A stretch of DNA of 64,000 nt from Patescibacteria group bacterium (GTDB taxonomy: Bacteria; Patescibacteriota; Microgenomatia; Levybacterales; GWA1-39-11): the NCBI GenBank assembly GCA_035549295.1, contig DASZRG010000043.1, forward strand, positions 1,910 through 65,909, read 5' to 3'. A model generated the notes under the pieces. It was given only the letters and a program-made list of their open reading frames with translations. It was not told the DNA's origin and did no database searches. A program made the translations under genes and the position numbers. Shown here piece after piece: positions 1-8,791 of this stretch. The number at the start of each line of letters is the position of its first letter. Within the stretch, counting starts at the first letter, position 1.

Positions 1-340
1 CTCGAGCACCATCGGCGAGTGCCTTGACTCTACCGTGGTAGCGATATGACCCTTTATCAAAGACTATTTCTTTCACTTTTTTGTCGATTGCAGCTTTTGC
101 GATCAACTTACCAACCTCAGCAGCTCTTTGGGTTTTGTTGAGCTTTTTATCCTCAATTGCTGCCTCACTTGCTGAAGCTAAAGTCGAACCTTTTTTATCG
201 TCAATTACCTGAGCATAAATATATTTATTTGATCTGAATACAGAAAGCCTAGGCAATACGCCATTTGCCAAAATTTTTCGGCGAATACGATTTTGACGTC
301 GTGATTTTCTAATTTTTTTAACTTTTTCTTCTTTTTGCAT
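1..340 (-). CDS. rplR: 50S ribosomal protein L18 (3' end runs off window)
   Basis: Manual translation from ATG at 340: [23 protein letters not shown]...[19 protein letters not shown]...[21 protein letters not shown]; not in ORF track. Confidence 0.95.
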   Translation of the reverse strand, partial: MQKEEKVKKIRKSRRQNRIRRKILANGVLPRLSVFRSNKYIYAQVIDDKKGSTLASASEAAIEDKKLNKTQRAAEVGKLIAKAAIDKKVKEIVFDKGSYRYHGRVKALADGAR

Positions 341-341
341 A

Positions 342-890
342 TTATTTACCTGCAACTGCTTTTGCAGCTTTTCCAACTTTTCTTCTCAATTTTTCACCCA
401 TGTATTTTATTCCTTTTCCTTTGTAAGGATCTGGTGGGCGAACTTTTCTTATATCCGATGCGACGTCTCCAACAAGCTGCTTGTTGGCACCCGCAACAGT
501 AATAACATTTTCTGCGACTGTTATTGTAACACCTGTGACAGGAGACACCTTAACAGGAAGCGAATAACCCACATTTAAAACTAGATCTGTACCATCGACT
601 CTTGCGCGATAACCGACTCCTGTTAACTCAAGCTTTTTCTCAAAACCTTGATTAACTCCTGTCATCATGTTGGCAACAAGTGCGCGAACAAGACCTGCAT
701 ACTTTTCAACTTCTTGTGTCGCAAGAGTCTTTTTAATCCTAACACTATTATCTTCAACAACAAGCTCAATACCATCAGGCATCTTTTCTTCAAGACTACC
801 CTTTGGCCCCGTCACAACTATTTTTCCGTTTTGAACGGTTACTGTTGATCCGGTTTGAATTTGTACTAATTTTTTTGCTATGTTTGACAT
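342..890 (-). CDS. rplF: 50S ribosomal protein L6
   Basis: [17 protein letters not shown] motifs; spc operon position. Confidence 0.98.
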   Translation of the reverse strand: MSNIAKKLVQIQTGSTVTVQNGKIVVTGPKGSLEEKMPDGIELVVEDNSVRIKKTLATQEVEKYAGLVRALVANMMTGVNQGFEKKLELTGVGYRARVDGTDLVLNVGYSLPVKVSPVTGVTITVAENVITVAGANKQLVGDVASDIRKVRPPDPYKGKGIKYMGEKLRRKVGKAAKAVAGK

Positions 891-894
891 ACTT

Positions 895-966
895 TATATA
901 TTAAATATTAGATATTGCATATTATATTTTTTGAAATTTTATAATCTACAGTATATTATCTATTTC
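895..966. repeat. Degenerate heptamer (ATATTAG-like) spacer element
   Basis: tatatta aatatta gatattg catatta, with a weak inverted arm taatcta/ttatcta. Confidence 0.6.
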
Positions 967-1392
967 TTAAAAAATTTGAGCTATGAGCTCTCCCCCAACA
1001 CCAGTCTTTGTCGCTTCACGACTTGTCATAATTCCCTTGCTCGTTGATACAATTCCCATACCATGTCTTGAGACAGCAGTTTTTAGCTTCGTACGACCAA
1101 CGTAGTGATGCACTGATGGTTTTGAAACAATTTTTACGTCGACTATTGCAGGCATCCTATTTGTGTATTTAAGATCAATTTCCAAAAATTTCTTCTCAGT
1201 TGTAACTTTTGATCCAGCTCTCTTAGCCTTATCAAATTTTTCAGTTTTTGTTTTTATTTTTCCAACAAAACCTTCTTTTTCAAGAATTGCAGCAATAGAT
1301 GCAACCACGTTTGAATGTGGATAAACCAATTGCTTTTTTCGGGCTTGATACCCGTTTTTAACTTGTATTAAGAAATCTCCGATTGTATACAT
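967..1392 (-). CDS. rpsH: 30S ribosomal protein S8
   Basis: IGDFLIQVKNG, SKPS, IVSTSKGIMT, GVGGELI; carries a lysine-rich internal insertion. Confidence 0.97.
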   Translation of the reverse strand: MYTIGDFLIQVKNGYQARKKQLVYPHSNVVASIAAILEKEGFVGKIKTKTEKFDKAKRAGSKVTTEKKFLEIDLKYTNRMPAIVDVKIVSKPSVHHYVGRTKLKTAVSRHGMGIVSTSKGIMTSREATKTGVGGELIAQIF

Positions 1393-1400
1393 ATTTTTTG

Positions 1401-1466
1401 CTTTTGGCGTTTGGCTCTTGGCGATTAGTTTCTAATTGCCAACTCCCAACCCCTAACTCCCAATTA
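1401..1466. repeat. Inverted heptamer element (NNNTTRG / CYAANNN)
   Basis: cttttgg cgtttgg ctcttgg cgattag ttt ctaattg ccaactc ccaaccc ctaactc ccaatta. Confidence 0.9.
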
Positions 1467-1649
1467 CCAGCTGGCTTTTTTAACCCCTGGCAATTCTCCG
1501 CGTAATGCTCGCTCACGAAAACATATTCGGCAAAGACCAAATAGTCTCATGTAACCACGTGATCTACCACATAATTTACATATATTTTTTTGCCTAGTAC
1601 TAAATTTAGGCTTTCTAGAATTTTTTACTATGTTTGATAATTTGGCCAT
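1464..1649 (-). CDS. rpsN: 30S ribosomal protein S14, zinc-binding type
   Basis: CKLCGRSRG...LCRICFRE...LPGVKKASW. Confidence 0.97.
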   Translation of the reverse strand: MAKLSNIVKNSRKPKFSTRQKNICKLCGRSRGYMRLFGLCRICFRERALRGELPGVKKASW

Positions 1650-2200
1650 TAGTTCTTTGCCTCCTTTTTAAAAGGCATGCCCATTGCGCCAAGCAAAGCG
1701 CGCCCTTTTACATCATCTCCTGCAGATGTAACTATTGTTACCTGAAGACTGCGAACCTTATCAACTTTACCCGGGTCTATCTCTGCAAATACAGTTGTTT
1801 CAGTAAACCCAAGAGTTAAATTTCCTCGACCATCAAAAGCCGATGCATCAATCCCTGTAAAGTCACGAACCGCAGGAAAAATGATTTTAACAAGTTTTTC
1901 CATAAAATCATACATGCGCTTACCTCGAAGAGTAACATACATGCCTATTTCGTCTCCTTCTCGAAGCTTAAAAGTAGCAACAGATACCCTTGCTTTTGCA
2001 ATTTTTGGTGCTTGACCCGTAATAAGAGATAAATCTTCTTTCATTCTCTCAATATTCTTTTTATCAGATAGGAAATCTTTCATGGATGTATTAACCATAA
2101 TTTTCTTAATCCTTGGTATTGCCATAGGATTTTTAATAGATAATTCATCCATTAACTTCTTGACTGTTTCTGATTCAAATTGTTTTTTATAATCACTCAT
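1649..2200 (-). CDS. rplE: 50S ribosomal protein L5
   Basis: ITGQAP, FKLREG, VTLRG, FDGRGN motifs. Confidence 0.98.
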   Translation of the reverse strand: MSDYKKQFESETVKKLMDELSIKNPMAIPRIKKIMVNTSMKDFLSDKKNIERMKEDLSLITGQAPKIAKARVSVATFKLREGDEIGMYVTLRGKRMYDFMEKLVKIIFPAVRDFTGIDASAFDGRGNLTLGFTETTVFAEIDPGKVDKVRSLQVTIVTSAGDDVKGRALLGAMGMPFKKEAKN

Positions 2201-2202
2201 AA

Positions 2203-2276
2203 TTTTAGATATTAGTAATTAGATATTAGTTACTAGGTAATTTCCTAGTTACTAGTATCTAGTAACTATTTCCTAG
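2203..2276. repeat. Inverted heptamer element (ATAYTAG / CTAGTAT type)
   Basis: atattag taattag atattag ttactag gtaatttc ctagtta ctagtat ctagtaa. Confidence 0.9.
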
Positions 2277-2386
2277 CCCTGTCTCTGTTTGTGTTTTGGA
2301 TTTTCGCAAATTATATACAATCGTCCTCTTCTTTTAACGATTTTACATTTGTTACATCTTTTTTTTACTGACGCTTGCACCTTCAT
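2273..2386 (-). CDS. rpmJ: 50S ribosomal protein L36
   Basis: Manual translation [37 protein letters not shown], 37 aa, below the ORF-track size cutoff. Confidence 0.97.
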   Translation of the reverse strand: MKVQASVKKRCNKCKIVKRRGRLYIICENPKHKQRQG

Positions 2387-2390
2387 ATTT

Positions 2391-2699
2391 TTAATCAATT
2401 GGCTTCAAACATTTTCTACAAATGCGAACCTTTGCTCCTTTTTCAATCTTCAAACCAATTCTTGTTGCTTTGTGACATTTTGGACAAACAATCGCAACTT
2501 TTGACGATACCATAGGCTTGGTTATCGTTATAATCTCTGACTTTTCGTTCTGAGAACGGGCTTTAACATGTCTTTTATATTCATTGATTCCCGGTACCAA
2601 AACTGTATTTTTGTCAGGATTGACAACTTCAACCTTTCCGGTTTTACCGTTGTCTCGTCCCATTAAAACTTTTATTGTATCTCCCTTTTTTATTTTCAT
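2391..2699 (-). CDS. rplX: 50S ribosomal protein L24
   Basis: [26 protein letters not shown] motif. Confidence 0.97.
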   Translation of the reverse strand: MKIKKGDTIKVLMGRDNGKTGKVEVVNPDKNTVLVPGINEYKRHVKARSQNEKSEIITITKPMVSSKVAIVCPKCHKATRIGLKIEKGAKVRICRKCLKPID

Positions 2700-2701
2700 A
2701 T

Positions 2702-2764
2702 ATTTTAGCTTTTAGCTCTTGGCGGTTAGTAAAAACTAATTGCTAACCCCTAAGCGCCAACCCC
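2702..2764. repeat. Inverted heptamer element
   Basis: attttag cttttag ctcttgg cggttag taaaaa ctaattg ctaaccc ctaagcg ccaaccc. Confidence 0.9.
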
Positions 2765-2766
2765 TT

Positions 2767-3141
2767 TTACACTACGTGATTTGCAAGTGATGCAATTTTC
2801 GCGTAACCCAAATCTTTTATCTCTCGAGCGATAGGTCCAAAAATTCTAGTCCCCATCGGATTTTTTGATTTTTCATTTTCTACTATAACTCCAGCATTTT
2901 CAGAAAATCTGATATATGTTCCATCGTCACGTCTGTACTCTTTTCTTGTTCTAACGAGAACAACTTTTACTTTGTCTCCTTTTTTAAATTGAGTGTTTGG
3001 AAGTGCTTTCTTAACAACACATCCGAGATATGATCCAAGTTCTCCTTTTCTTCTCTTTGAACCACCATAGATATGTATAACTTGAAGGATTTTAGCCCCC
3101 GTGTTATCCGCAACTGTTAACATTGTTCTGTGCTGTACCAT
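2767..3141 (-). CDS. rplN: 50S ribosomal protein L14
   Basis: VADNTGAK, GTRIFGPIARE. Confidence 0.98.
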   Translation of the reverse strand: MVQHRTMLTVADNTGAKILQVIHIYGGSKRRKGELGSYLGCVVKKALPNTQFKKGDKVKVVLVRTRKEYRRDDGTYIRFSENAGVIVENEKSKNPMGTRIFGPIAREIKDLGYAKIASLANHVV

Positions 3142-3148
3142 ATGTTTG

Positions 3149-3222
3149 CTTTTGGCGCTTGGCTTTTGGTGTTTGGTTTGCGTTTTAAAATTAACTAAAC
3201 GCTAACCCCTAAACCCTAAACG
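3149..3222. repeat. Inverted heptamer element
   Basis: cttttgg cgcttgg cttttgg tgtttgg ... ctaaacg ctaaccc ctaaacc ctaaacg (last unit overlaps the rpsQ stop). Confidence 0.9.
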
Positions 3223-3470
3223 CTTTTTGCTCCTTCCTTAATAATTCCTATAACCTTAAAATTTTTATCGCGACTCATTGGTCTTGTTTGTTCAATTTTT
3301 ACGTTTTGACCAACCATAAGCGCCATTCCAGCAGTATCTGCTTTTAAGTTAGTTGTTCGTCTCAACATTTTTTTGTAAATAGGATGCTTTACAAATCTTT
3401 CGATCTCAACGACAACCGTATTTTGCATTTTTGTCGATTTTACTCTTCCGATAAATGTTTTTTTAGCCAT
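3216..3470 (-). CDS. rpsQ: 30S ribosomal protein S17
   Basis: GRVKSTKMQNTVVV, HPIYKK, TRPMSRDK. Confidence 0.97.
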   Translation of the reverse strand: MAKKTFIGRVKSTKMQNTVVVEIERFVKHPIYKKMLRRTTNLKADTAGMALMVGQNVKIEQTRPMSRDKNFKVIGIIKEGAKSV

Positions 3471-3472
3471 AT

Positions 3473-3541
3473 TTATTAGAAATTAGATACTAGAAATTAG
3501 ATACTAGGAATTTCCTAGTTTCTAGTCTCTAGTGACTAGTC
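3473..3541. repeat. Inverted heptamer element (ATAYTAG type)
   Basis: aaattag atactag aaattag atactag gaatttc ctagttt ctagtct ctagtga ctagtct (extends into the last rpmC codons). Confidence 0.9.
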
Positions 3542-3789
3542 TCTCCTTTCGCGCGTGATTTATTTTTTACTTTTTCTTCTTCAAAAACTTGCCCCATTTC
3601 TTTCAAAGACATGAAAGTCAAAACTCTTGCTATGTCTTTATTCTTGGCGCGTCGCGCATTCATGTTTTTTGCTTTTCCAAGTTTTTCCTCAATCGATAGC
3701 TTTGAAAGCTCTTCTCTCATGTCAAGAAGCGTGCGCTTCAACTCGTCTAACGTTTTCATTTTTAAATCTGCAATATCTGTTTTTTTCAT
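3529..3789 (-). CDS. rpmC: 50S ribosomal protein L29 with C-terminal extension
   Basis: Position after rplP; KDIARVLT motif. Confidence 0.9.
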   Translation of the reverse strand: MKKTDIADLKMKTLDELKRTLLDMREELSKLSIEEKLGKAKNMNARRAKNKDIARVLTFMSLKEMGQVFEEEKVKNKSRAKGETSH

Positions 3790-3792
3790 AAT

Positions 3793-4209
3793 TTATAAAT
3801 GACCCCTTTTAATAAAGCTGCTTTTGACAGGAAGCTTGTAAGCTGCAAGTCTCAATGCTTCTTTTGCTATTTCCTCTGTAATTCCACCCATTTCAAAAAG
3901 AACACGTCCACTCTTAACTGGCGCAACATATTCATGTATGTCGCCTTTTCCGCCACCCATTCTAGTCTCCGGGGGTTTTCTAGTGATAGGTCTGTCTGGA
4001 AAAATTCTTATCCAGATTCTTCCCCCACGCTTCGTAAAATGAGTGATAGACTTTCGAGCAGCCTCTATTTGTCGGCTGGAAATATTTCCTGACGCGTCGG
4101 CTCGAAGCCCAAACTCACCAAACGAAACCTTGTTGCCGGCAAATGCTATTTGGCCAGCGACCTTTGGTTTAAATTGTTTTCTATATTTTGATCTTCTTGG
4201 CGTTAACAT
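3793..4209 (-). CDS. rplP: 50S ribosomal protein L16
   Basis: [21 protein letters not shown]. Confidence 0.98.
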   Translation of the reverse strand: MLTPRRSKYRKQFKPKVAGQIAFAGNKVSFGEFGLRADASGNISSRQIEAARKSITHFTKRGGRIWIRIFPDRPITRKPPETRMGGGKGDIHEYVAPVKSGRVLFEMGGITEEIAKEALRLAAYKLPVKSSFIKRGHL

Positions 4210-4210
4210 A

Positions 4211-4279
4211 AATTTAGCTTTTAGCGTTTAGCGTTTAGGTGTTAGTTACTAATTGCTAACCCCTAACTGCCAACTGCTA
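4211..4279. repeat. Inverted heptamer element
   Basis: aatttag cttttag cgtttag cgtttag ... ctaattg ctaaccc ctaactg ccaactg. Confidence 0.9.
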
Positions 4280-4915
4280 CTTATTTATCCAGACTTTTAC
4301 TCCTATATATCCACTTTTTGTTAGGGCTGGATTTGATGCATAATCAATATCCTCACGAATTGTTGAAAGCGACACTTTGCCTGCCTGCAGTCTCTCGCGT
4401 CTTCCAATCTCAGCTCCTCCAATTCTTCCCGACAAAACAACTCTCACTCCCTTTGCACCTGCGCTCATAACCTTGTCAATTGTCTGCTTCATGACGCGTC
4501 TTGCAGGCATACGTCGAATAAGTTGATCCGAAATATTTGTAGCAACCAGATATGCCGAAAGATTTGGATCTTTAATAGGCTCTACTTTTAATTCAATCTT
4601 CTTTGAATTTCTCTCTTGCTTTGTTACTCCAAGCATTTTTACAATCTCACGCTTGAGATCTTCAAGACCTGAACCGCCACGACCTATTACAATTCCAGGA
4701 CGGGTAACATAAATTGTAAGCTTTATGCTTGATAGAGATCGCTCAATAATAACGTCTCCTACACCAGCCGGCTTTAGCTTTGCAAATAAAGCTTCACGAA
4801 TTTTGATATCCGAAAGAACGGTCTTTGAATATTGTTTTTTTGAATAATATCCTACGCTCTTAAAACCCTGGTGTATACCAAGACGAAGTGCTACTGGATT
4901 TACTTTTTGTCCCAT
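4277..4915 (-). CDS. rpsC: 30S ribosomal protein S3
   Basis: MGQKVNP, RPGIVIGRGG KH motif, GYIGVKVWI. Confidence 0.98.
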   Translation of the reverse strand: MGQKVNPVALRLGIHQGFKSVGYYSKKQYSKTVLSDIKIREALFAKLKPAGVGDVIIERSLSSIKLTIYVTRPGIVIGRGGSGLEDLKREIVKMLGVTKQERNSKKIELKVEPIKDPNLSAYLVATNISDQLIRRMPARRVMKQTIDKVMSAGAKGVRVVLSGRIGGAEIGRRERLQAGKVSLSTIREDIDYASNPALTKSGYIGVKVWINK

Positions 4916-4917
4916 GA

Positions 4918-4990
4918 TTTTTGGCTTATGGCAATTGGCTTTTGGCGGTTAGTATAAAAAACTAACTGCTAACCCCTAAACGCTAAGTGC
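4918..4990. repeat. Inverted heptamer element
   Basis: tttttgg cttatgg caattgg cttttgg cggttag ... ctaactg ctaaccc ctaaacg ctaagtg. Confidence 0.9.
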
Positions 4991-5442
4991 TATTCGCTTT
5001 TCTCCTTTCTTACTCTTTTTGCTGCGGCTTTAATACCTGCAGTCAAACCTTTTGGCTTTGCTTCTTCGGCTGTTTCAACGGGCGCAACCGCGCGCATTGT
5101 GTCGCGAGTCTTACCATCTGCCAATATAACTCGTATGTGACTTGTTCTTCTTTTGTAGGGTCTGGTTCTTCCGCGACCAGCAAAATGAAAACGCTTCATT
5201 CCCACTCCACCGTCAACGATTATGTCTTTTATGGTCAGTTCATCTTTTTTAGCCTGAAAATTGTTGGTTGCATTAGCAACGGCTGAATCAAGTGCTTTTT
5301 TAATAGGGCCTGCAGCTCGCTTATTCATAACAGAAAGAGATGATAAAGCAACCATGAGCTTCTTCTCCTTTACGCCATCAGCAACCAAACGAACTTTTCG
5401 TGGCGATATTTTTATATTTTTTGCAATTGCTATATATTCCAT
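4990..5442 (-). CDS. rplV: 50S ribosomal protein L22 with C-terminal extension
   Basis: ISPRKVRLVAD, SAVANA, KRRTSHI. Confidence 0.97.
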   Translation of the reverse strand: MEYIAIAKNIKISPRKVRLVADGVKEKKLMVALSSLSVMNKRAAGPIKKALDSAVANATNNFQAKKDELTIKDIIVDGGVGMKRFHFAGRGRTRPYKRRTSHIRVILADGKTRDTMRAVAPVETAEEAKPKGLTAGIKAAAKRVRKEKSE

Positions 5443-5443
5443 A

Positions 5444-5519
5444 ATTCTAGATATTAGTGACTAGATATTAGATATTAGGAATTTGTTCTACTAGTTCCTA
5501 GTATCTAGTTTCTAATTAC
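5444..5519. repeat. Inverted heptamer element (ATAYTAG type)
   Basis: attctag atattag tgactag atattag atattag ... ctagttc ctagtat ctagttt ctaatta. Confidence 0.9.
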
Positions 5520-5803
5520 TATGTTTTACTGACCTCCCTCGCAACAACTCTCCCGTGACCTCTAAATAGTCTTGTCGGCGCGAATTCACCAAGTCTATGA
5601 CCAACCATATTTTCAACTACTTTTACAGTAATGTGATTTTTTCCATTGTGTACCAAGAAAGTAAGACCAACAAATTCTGGCGGAATTTGGCTTGCACGTG
5701 CCCAAGTCTTGATAGGTGCAACTTGCCCACTCGCGCGCTGTGCCTGAACTTTCTTCATAAGCTTCTCATCAATGTATGGTCCTTTTCTAAGTGATCTACT
5801 CAT
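5519..5803 (-). CDS. rpsS: 30S ribosomal protein S19
   Basis: [28 protein letters not shown]. Confidence 0.98.
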   Translation of the reverse strand: MSRSLRKGPYIDEKLMKKVQAQRASGQVAPIKTWARASQIPPEFVGLTFLVHNGKNHITVKVVENMVGHRLGEFAPTRLFRGHGRVVAREVSKT

Positions 5804-5812
5804 ATTTTAAAA

Positions 5813-5880
5813 TTAAATTGTTTAATTGCTAAAAATTGTTAAATTGTTTTAAACAATATAGCTATTCAACAATTTAGCAA
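5813..5880. repeat. Inverted octamer-period element
   Basis: taaattgt ttaattgc ... taaattgt / aacaatat agctattc aacaattt agcaa. Confidence 0.75.
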
Positions 5881-5887
5881 ATATATT

Positions 5888-6628
5888 TTACTTTCTTCTC
5901 TTAACTATATTCTTGTTTGAATATTTCTTTGGTCTTCTTGTCTTACCAACTGCCTTGCGTCCTCGGTAGGTCTTTGGTGAAGTCATACCGATTCCAGAAC
6001 GTCCTTCTCCTCCACCGTGAGGGTGAGAAGATGGATTCATCGCAACTCCGCGAACTGCTGGCCTTATACCTCGGTGTCTTGATGCTCCTGCCTTACCAAG
6101 TACTCGATCTTTCCAATCTACATTTCCGAGTTGTCCGATTGTAGCAAAATTTTTAACTAAAATCTTCCTTATTTCGCCTGAAGGCATTCTAACATATGCA
6201 TATTCACCCTCGCGAGATACTATAAAAGCTTGATTTCCTGCTGAGCGAGCAAGCTGTCCACCCCGTCCCGGGTTCAATTCGATATTGTGAATTGGCTGTC
6301 CGACCGGAATATTTGCAATCGGCATAGCGTTTCCAGGACGAATATCAACATCTACACCTGATGCAACCTTATCCCCAACCTTAAGTCCTACTGGAGCTAA
6401 TATATATCTTTTGTCTCCGTTCTTATAGTTTACCAGAGCCAGGTCAGCTGAGCGATTTGGATCATACTCTATAGCTGCAACAACACCCTCGATTCCAACA
6501 TTATTGCGCTTAAAATCAACGCTTCTGTAAAATCTTTTGTGTCGTCCACCCTGATGGCGAACAGCAACACGACCTTGCGAATCGCGCCCTGACTGTTTTT
6601 TAAGAATTGTTAGTAATTTCTTTGACAT
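5888..6628 (-). CDS. rplB: 50S ribosomal protein L2 (N-terminally short)
   Basis: IEYDPNRS, RGVAMNPSSHPHGGGEG. Confidence 0.98.
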   Translation of the reverse strand: MSKKLLTILKKQSGRDSQGRVAVRHQGGRHKRFYRSVDFKRNNVGIEGVVAAIEYDPNRSADLALVNYKNGDKRYILAPVGLKVGDKVASGVDVDIRPGNAMPIANIPVGQPIHNIELNPGRGGQLARSAGNQAFIVSREGEYAYVRMPSGEIRKILVKNFATIGQLGNVDWKDRVLGKAGASRHRGIRPAVRGVAMNPSSHPHGGGEGRSGIGMTSPKTYRGRKAVGKTRRPKKYSNKNIVKRRK

Positions 6629-6631
6629 GGT

Positions 6632-6976
6632 TTATTTCTTCGTTTCTTTCTCTTTTTTCTTATCTTCTTTCTTTTCTTCCCCGGTACTCTCTTCAAAAAT
6701 TGCTATTTTTTGTCCATTTGCCAGCTTTACGCGTGCTTTTTTATAATCAGCAGGAAGAATTCTGCGACCTGTTCTTGTATTTCTTGTTTTTGTTCCTTTA
6801 ATATTTGCTGTGTAAACATTTCTAACATCAACGCTAAAAAGCATCTCAACGGCATTTTTGATATCAGTTTTAGTAGCTGCTTTATCCACTAAAAATGTAT
6901 ATTTACCCGCTTTTGCCTCAGTAAATGACTTTTCAGAAATAATTGGTTTTACTAAAAAGCTTGCAAAATTTTTCAT
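6632..6976 (-). CDS. rplW: 50S ribosomal protein L23
   Basis: PIISEKS, YTFLV, YKKARVKL. Confidence 0.96.
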   Translation of the reverse strand: MKNFASFLVKPIISEKSFTEAKAGKYTFLVDKAATKTDIKNAVEMLFSVDVRNVYTANIKGTKTRNTRTGRRILPADYKKARVKLANGQKIAIFEESTGEEKKEDKKKEKETKK

Positions 6977-6977
6977 A

Positions 6978-7745
6978 TTATTTTCCTAAAAATACCTTCT
7001 CAAGCGTTGGGATTGAATCCTTGGTAATAACCAAGTAGCTACTATTCAAAACTTCATAAGTGTTGATGCTGTGAGTTGGTAATACGCTCGCGCCATCAAT
7101 ATTTCTAACTGATCTAACAACACTCTTTGCGTCTGCAACAAAAAGGAATTTGTTTGTTTTATTCTTCTTTGTTACAACTTCAAGTGTTTTAAGCAATTTA
7201 TTCATTTCGGATGTTTTTCCTGATGCGCCGGTTACATCAATTGCAATAATTCGACCAGCAGCTAACTTTTGTGAAAGAGCTGAAAAAATTGCTTTTTTCT
7301 TCATTTGTTTTGATAATTTAAGCTCAAAATTGCGAGGTTTTGGACCATGTGCAATTCCTCCTCCAACAAAAATAGGTGCTTTTATCGCTCCGTGACGTGC
7401 ACGACCTGTACCTTTTTGTCTATAAATTTTTCTAGTTGAACCGATAACTTCTCCGCGAGTCTTGGTAGACGCTGTACCTTGTCTTTGGTTAACCAAATAA
7501 ACACGAATCGCCTGAGTCATAAGATCTTCATTGATCTTTGCTCCAAATATCTCTGCTGGAAGACTAATTGTTCCGCTTTTTGCACCATCTATACTAAAAA
7601 CAGGGAGTGAGAGACTTGTGCTCTTTGCAGTAACTGTCTTTTCGGCTTTAGGTGCAGCAGCACGTGAAACAGCAACAACTTTTGCCTTTTGTGTTGTTGA
7701 ACTTTTGATATTTGATTTTTGATTTTTGATCTTACTTTCCGGCAT
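6978..7745 (-). CDS. rplD: 50S ribosomal protein L4 with N-terminal extension
   Basis: RQGTASTKTRGEV, RQKGTGRARHG; start placed at MPESK (7745), preceded by AAAGGAGGAGG. Confidence 0.95.
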   Translation of the reverse strand: MPESKIKNQKSNIKSSTTQKAKVVAVSRAAAPKAEKTVTAKSTSLSLPVFSIDGAKSGTISLPAEIFGAKINEDLMTQAIRVYLVNQRQGTASTKTRGEVIGSTRKIYRQKGTGRARHGAIKAPIFVGGGIAHGPKPRNFELKLSKQMKKKAIFSALSQKLAAGRIIAIDVTGASGKTSEMNKLLKTLEVVTKKNKTNKFLFVADAKSVVRSVRNIDGASVLPTHSINTYEVLNSSYLVITKDSIPTLEKVFLGK

Positions 7746-8676
7746 TTTCCTCCTCCTTTGACTCGACGGAACCTTCAGTGGAGTCGGTCTTTGTCTCGCC
7801 AGAGCTTTCAGCGTCGGCGGACTTTTCAGCTTCATTTACCACTTCAGTTGCAGTTGCTGGTGTCGCATCAGTTGGCGCCTCGACAACATCTGCTGCAGGT
7901 GCTGTCTCAACGACTTCTGCCGTTTCTTCAGTCTTTACTTCTTCTTTTCCAAGATCTGCGACTTCTGCAATCTGGGATAAATCCTCCTGAACTGTCTCTA
8001 TCTTTTCTTCTTCTTTTTTCTCAGCCCAAAGAGGAGTGAAGTTTTTGTTCTTTCGACCAACCTTATTTAAAACAACTATGCTTCCACGAGTTCCTGGGAT
8101 CAAACCTTTAACCAAAATTAAATCATCTTTGATCTCAAGAACCTCAAGGTTTTTGACAGTTACTTGCTCATTACCCATGCGACCGGCCATTTTTTTACCT
8201 TTGTAAACACGGCCTGGAGTTGTACCTGATCCGCTTGATCCGCGAGCACGCTCACGATCTGACTGTCCATGAGTTCTTGGTCCACCAGCAAATCTGTATC
8301 TCTTAACAACACCTGCAAACCCTTTTCCTTTTGAAGTTCCAGTTACGTCTACGTAGTCGCCAGCCTCAAAAACCTCATCAATTACAACTGGCGATCCGGC
8401 TGTCGCGCCTGCGACATCATCTACCCTTATTTCGCGAAAAAAGCGGGGTGTTGTTGATAATCCCGCTTTTTTTATGTGGCCGCTCGTTGGTTTGTCAGGG
8501 CGCATATTTTCTCCGAATGAGAGTTGAATGGATGAATAACCCTCTTTTTCAGGAGTTTTGACCTGAGAAACGACGTTTCCACCCACGGCGATAATCGAAA
8601 GCGGAACGCGGGTTCCATCTTCCAAAAAGCCTTGCGTTTGAGCAATTTTTTGACCAATAAGACCTGTAATGTTCAT
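7732..8676 (-). CDS. rplC: 50S ribosomal protein L3 with long acidic C-terminal tail
   Basis: SKGKGFAGVVKR, GRVYKGKKMAGRMG; start placed at MNITG (8676). Confidence 0.96.
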   Translation of the reverse strand: MNITGLIGQKIAQTQGFLEDGTRVPLSIIAVGGNVVSQVKTPEKEGYSSIQLSFGENMRPDKPTSGHIKKAGLSTTPRFFREIRVDDVAGATAGSPVVIDEVFEAGDYVDVTGTSKGKGFAGVVKRYRFAGGPRTHGQSDRERARGSSGSGTTPGRVYKGKKMAGRMGNEQVTVKNLEVLEIKDDLILVKGLIPGTRGSIVVLNKVGRKNKNFTPLWAEKKEEEKIETVQEDLSQIAEVADLGKEEVKTEETAEVVETAPAADVVEAPTDATPATATEVVNEAEKSADAESSGETKTDSTEGSVESKEEENAGK

Positions 8677-8691
8677 GTTTTTTAAGGCAAC

Positions 8692-8713
8692 AAAAAAGCG
8701 ACATCGAGTCGCT
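8692..8713 (-). terminator. Terminator/attenuator-like hairpin in the rplC leader
   Basis: mRNA AGCGAC-UCGAU-GUCGCU followed by a U-tract, about 15 nt before the ATG. Confidence 0.65.
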
Positions 8714-8791
8714 CCATTCACGTCCCAGGGATTGAACTCGTAGCATCATGTAACTAAAGAACCTATCAATAGTTTGGACATGTAAGATAGA

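Noticed and set aside
1358-1540. 60-aa minus-strand ORF overlapping rpsN/rpsH
   Set aside because: Alternative frame read through a heptamer element ([10 protein letters not shown]); spurious.
891-5887. CRISPR array interpretation of the spacer repeats
   Set aside because: Units are 7-8 nt, degenerate and inverted, with no constant repeat-spacer structure and no cas genes.
7746-7835. Longer rplD start from the ORF track
   Set aside because: Overlaps the rplC tail by about 100 nt; ATG 7745 has a strong RBS.
8715-8790. tRNA candidate from the GTTCAATCC motif
   Set aside because: No cloverleaf, acceptor stem or D-arm could be built; kept only as part of the rplC leader.
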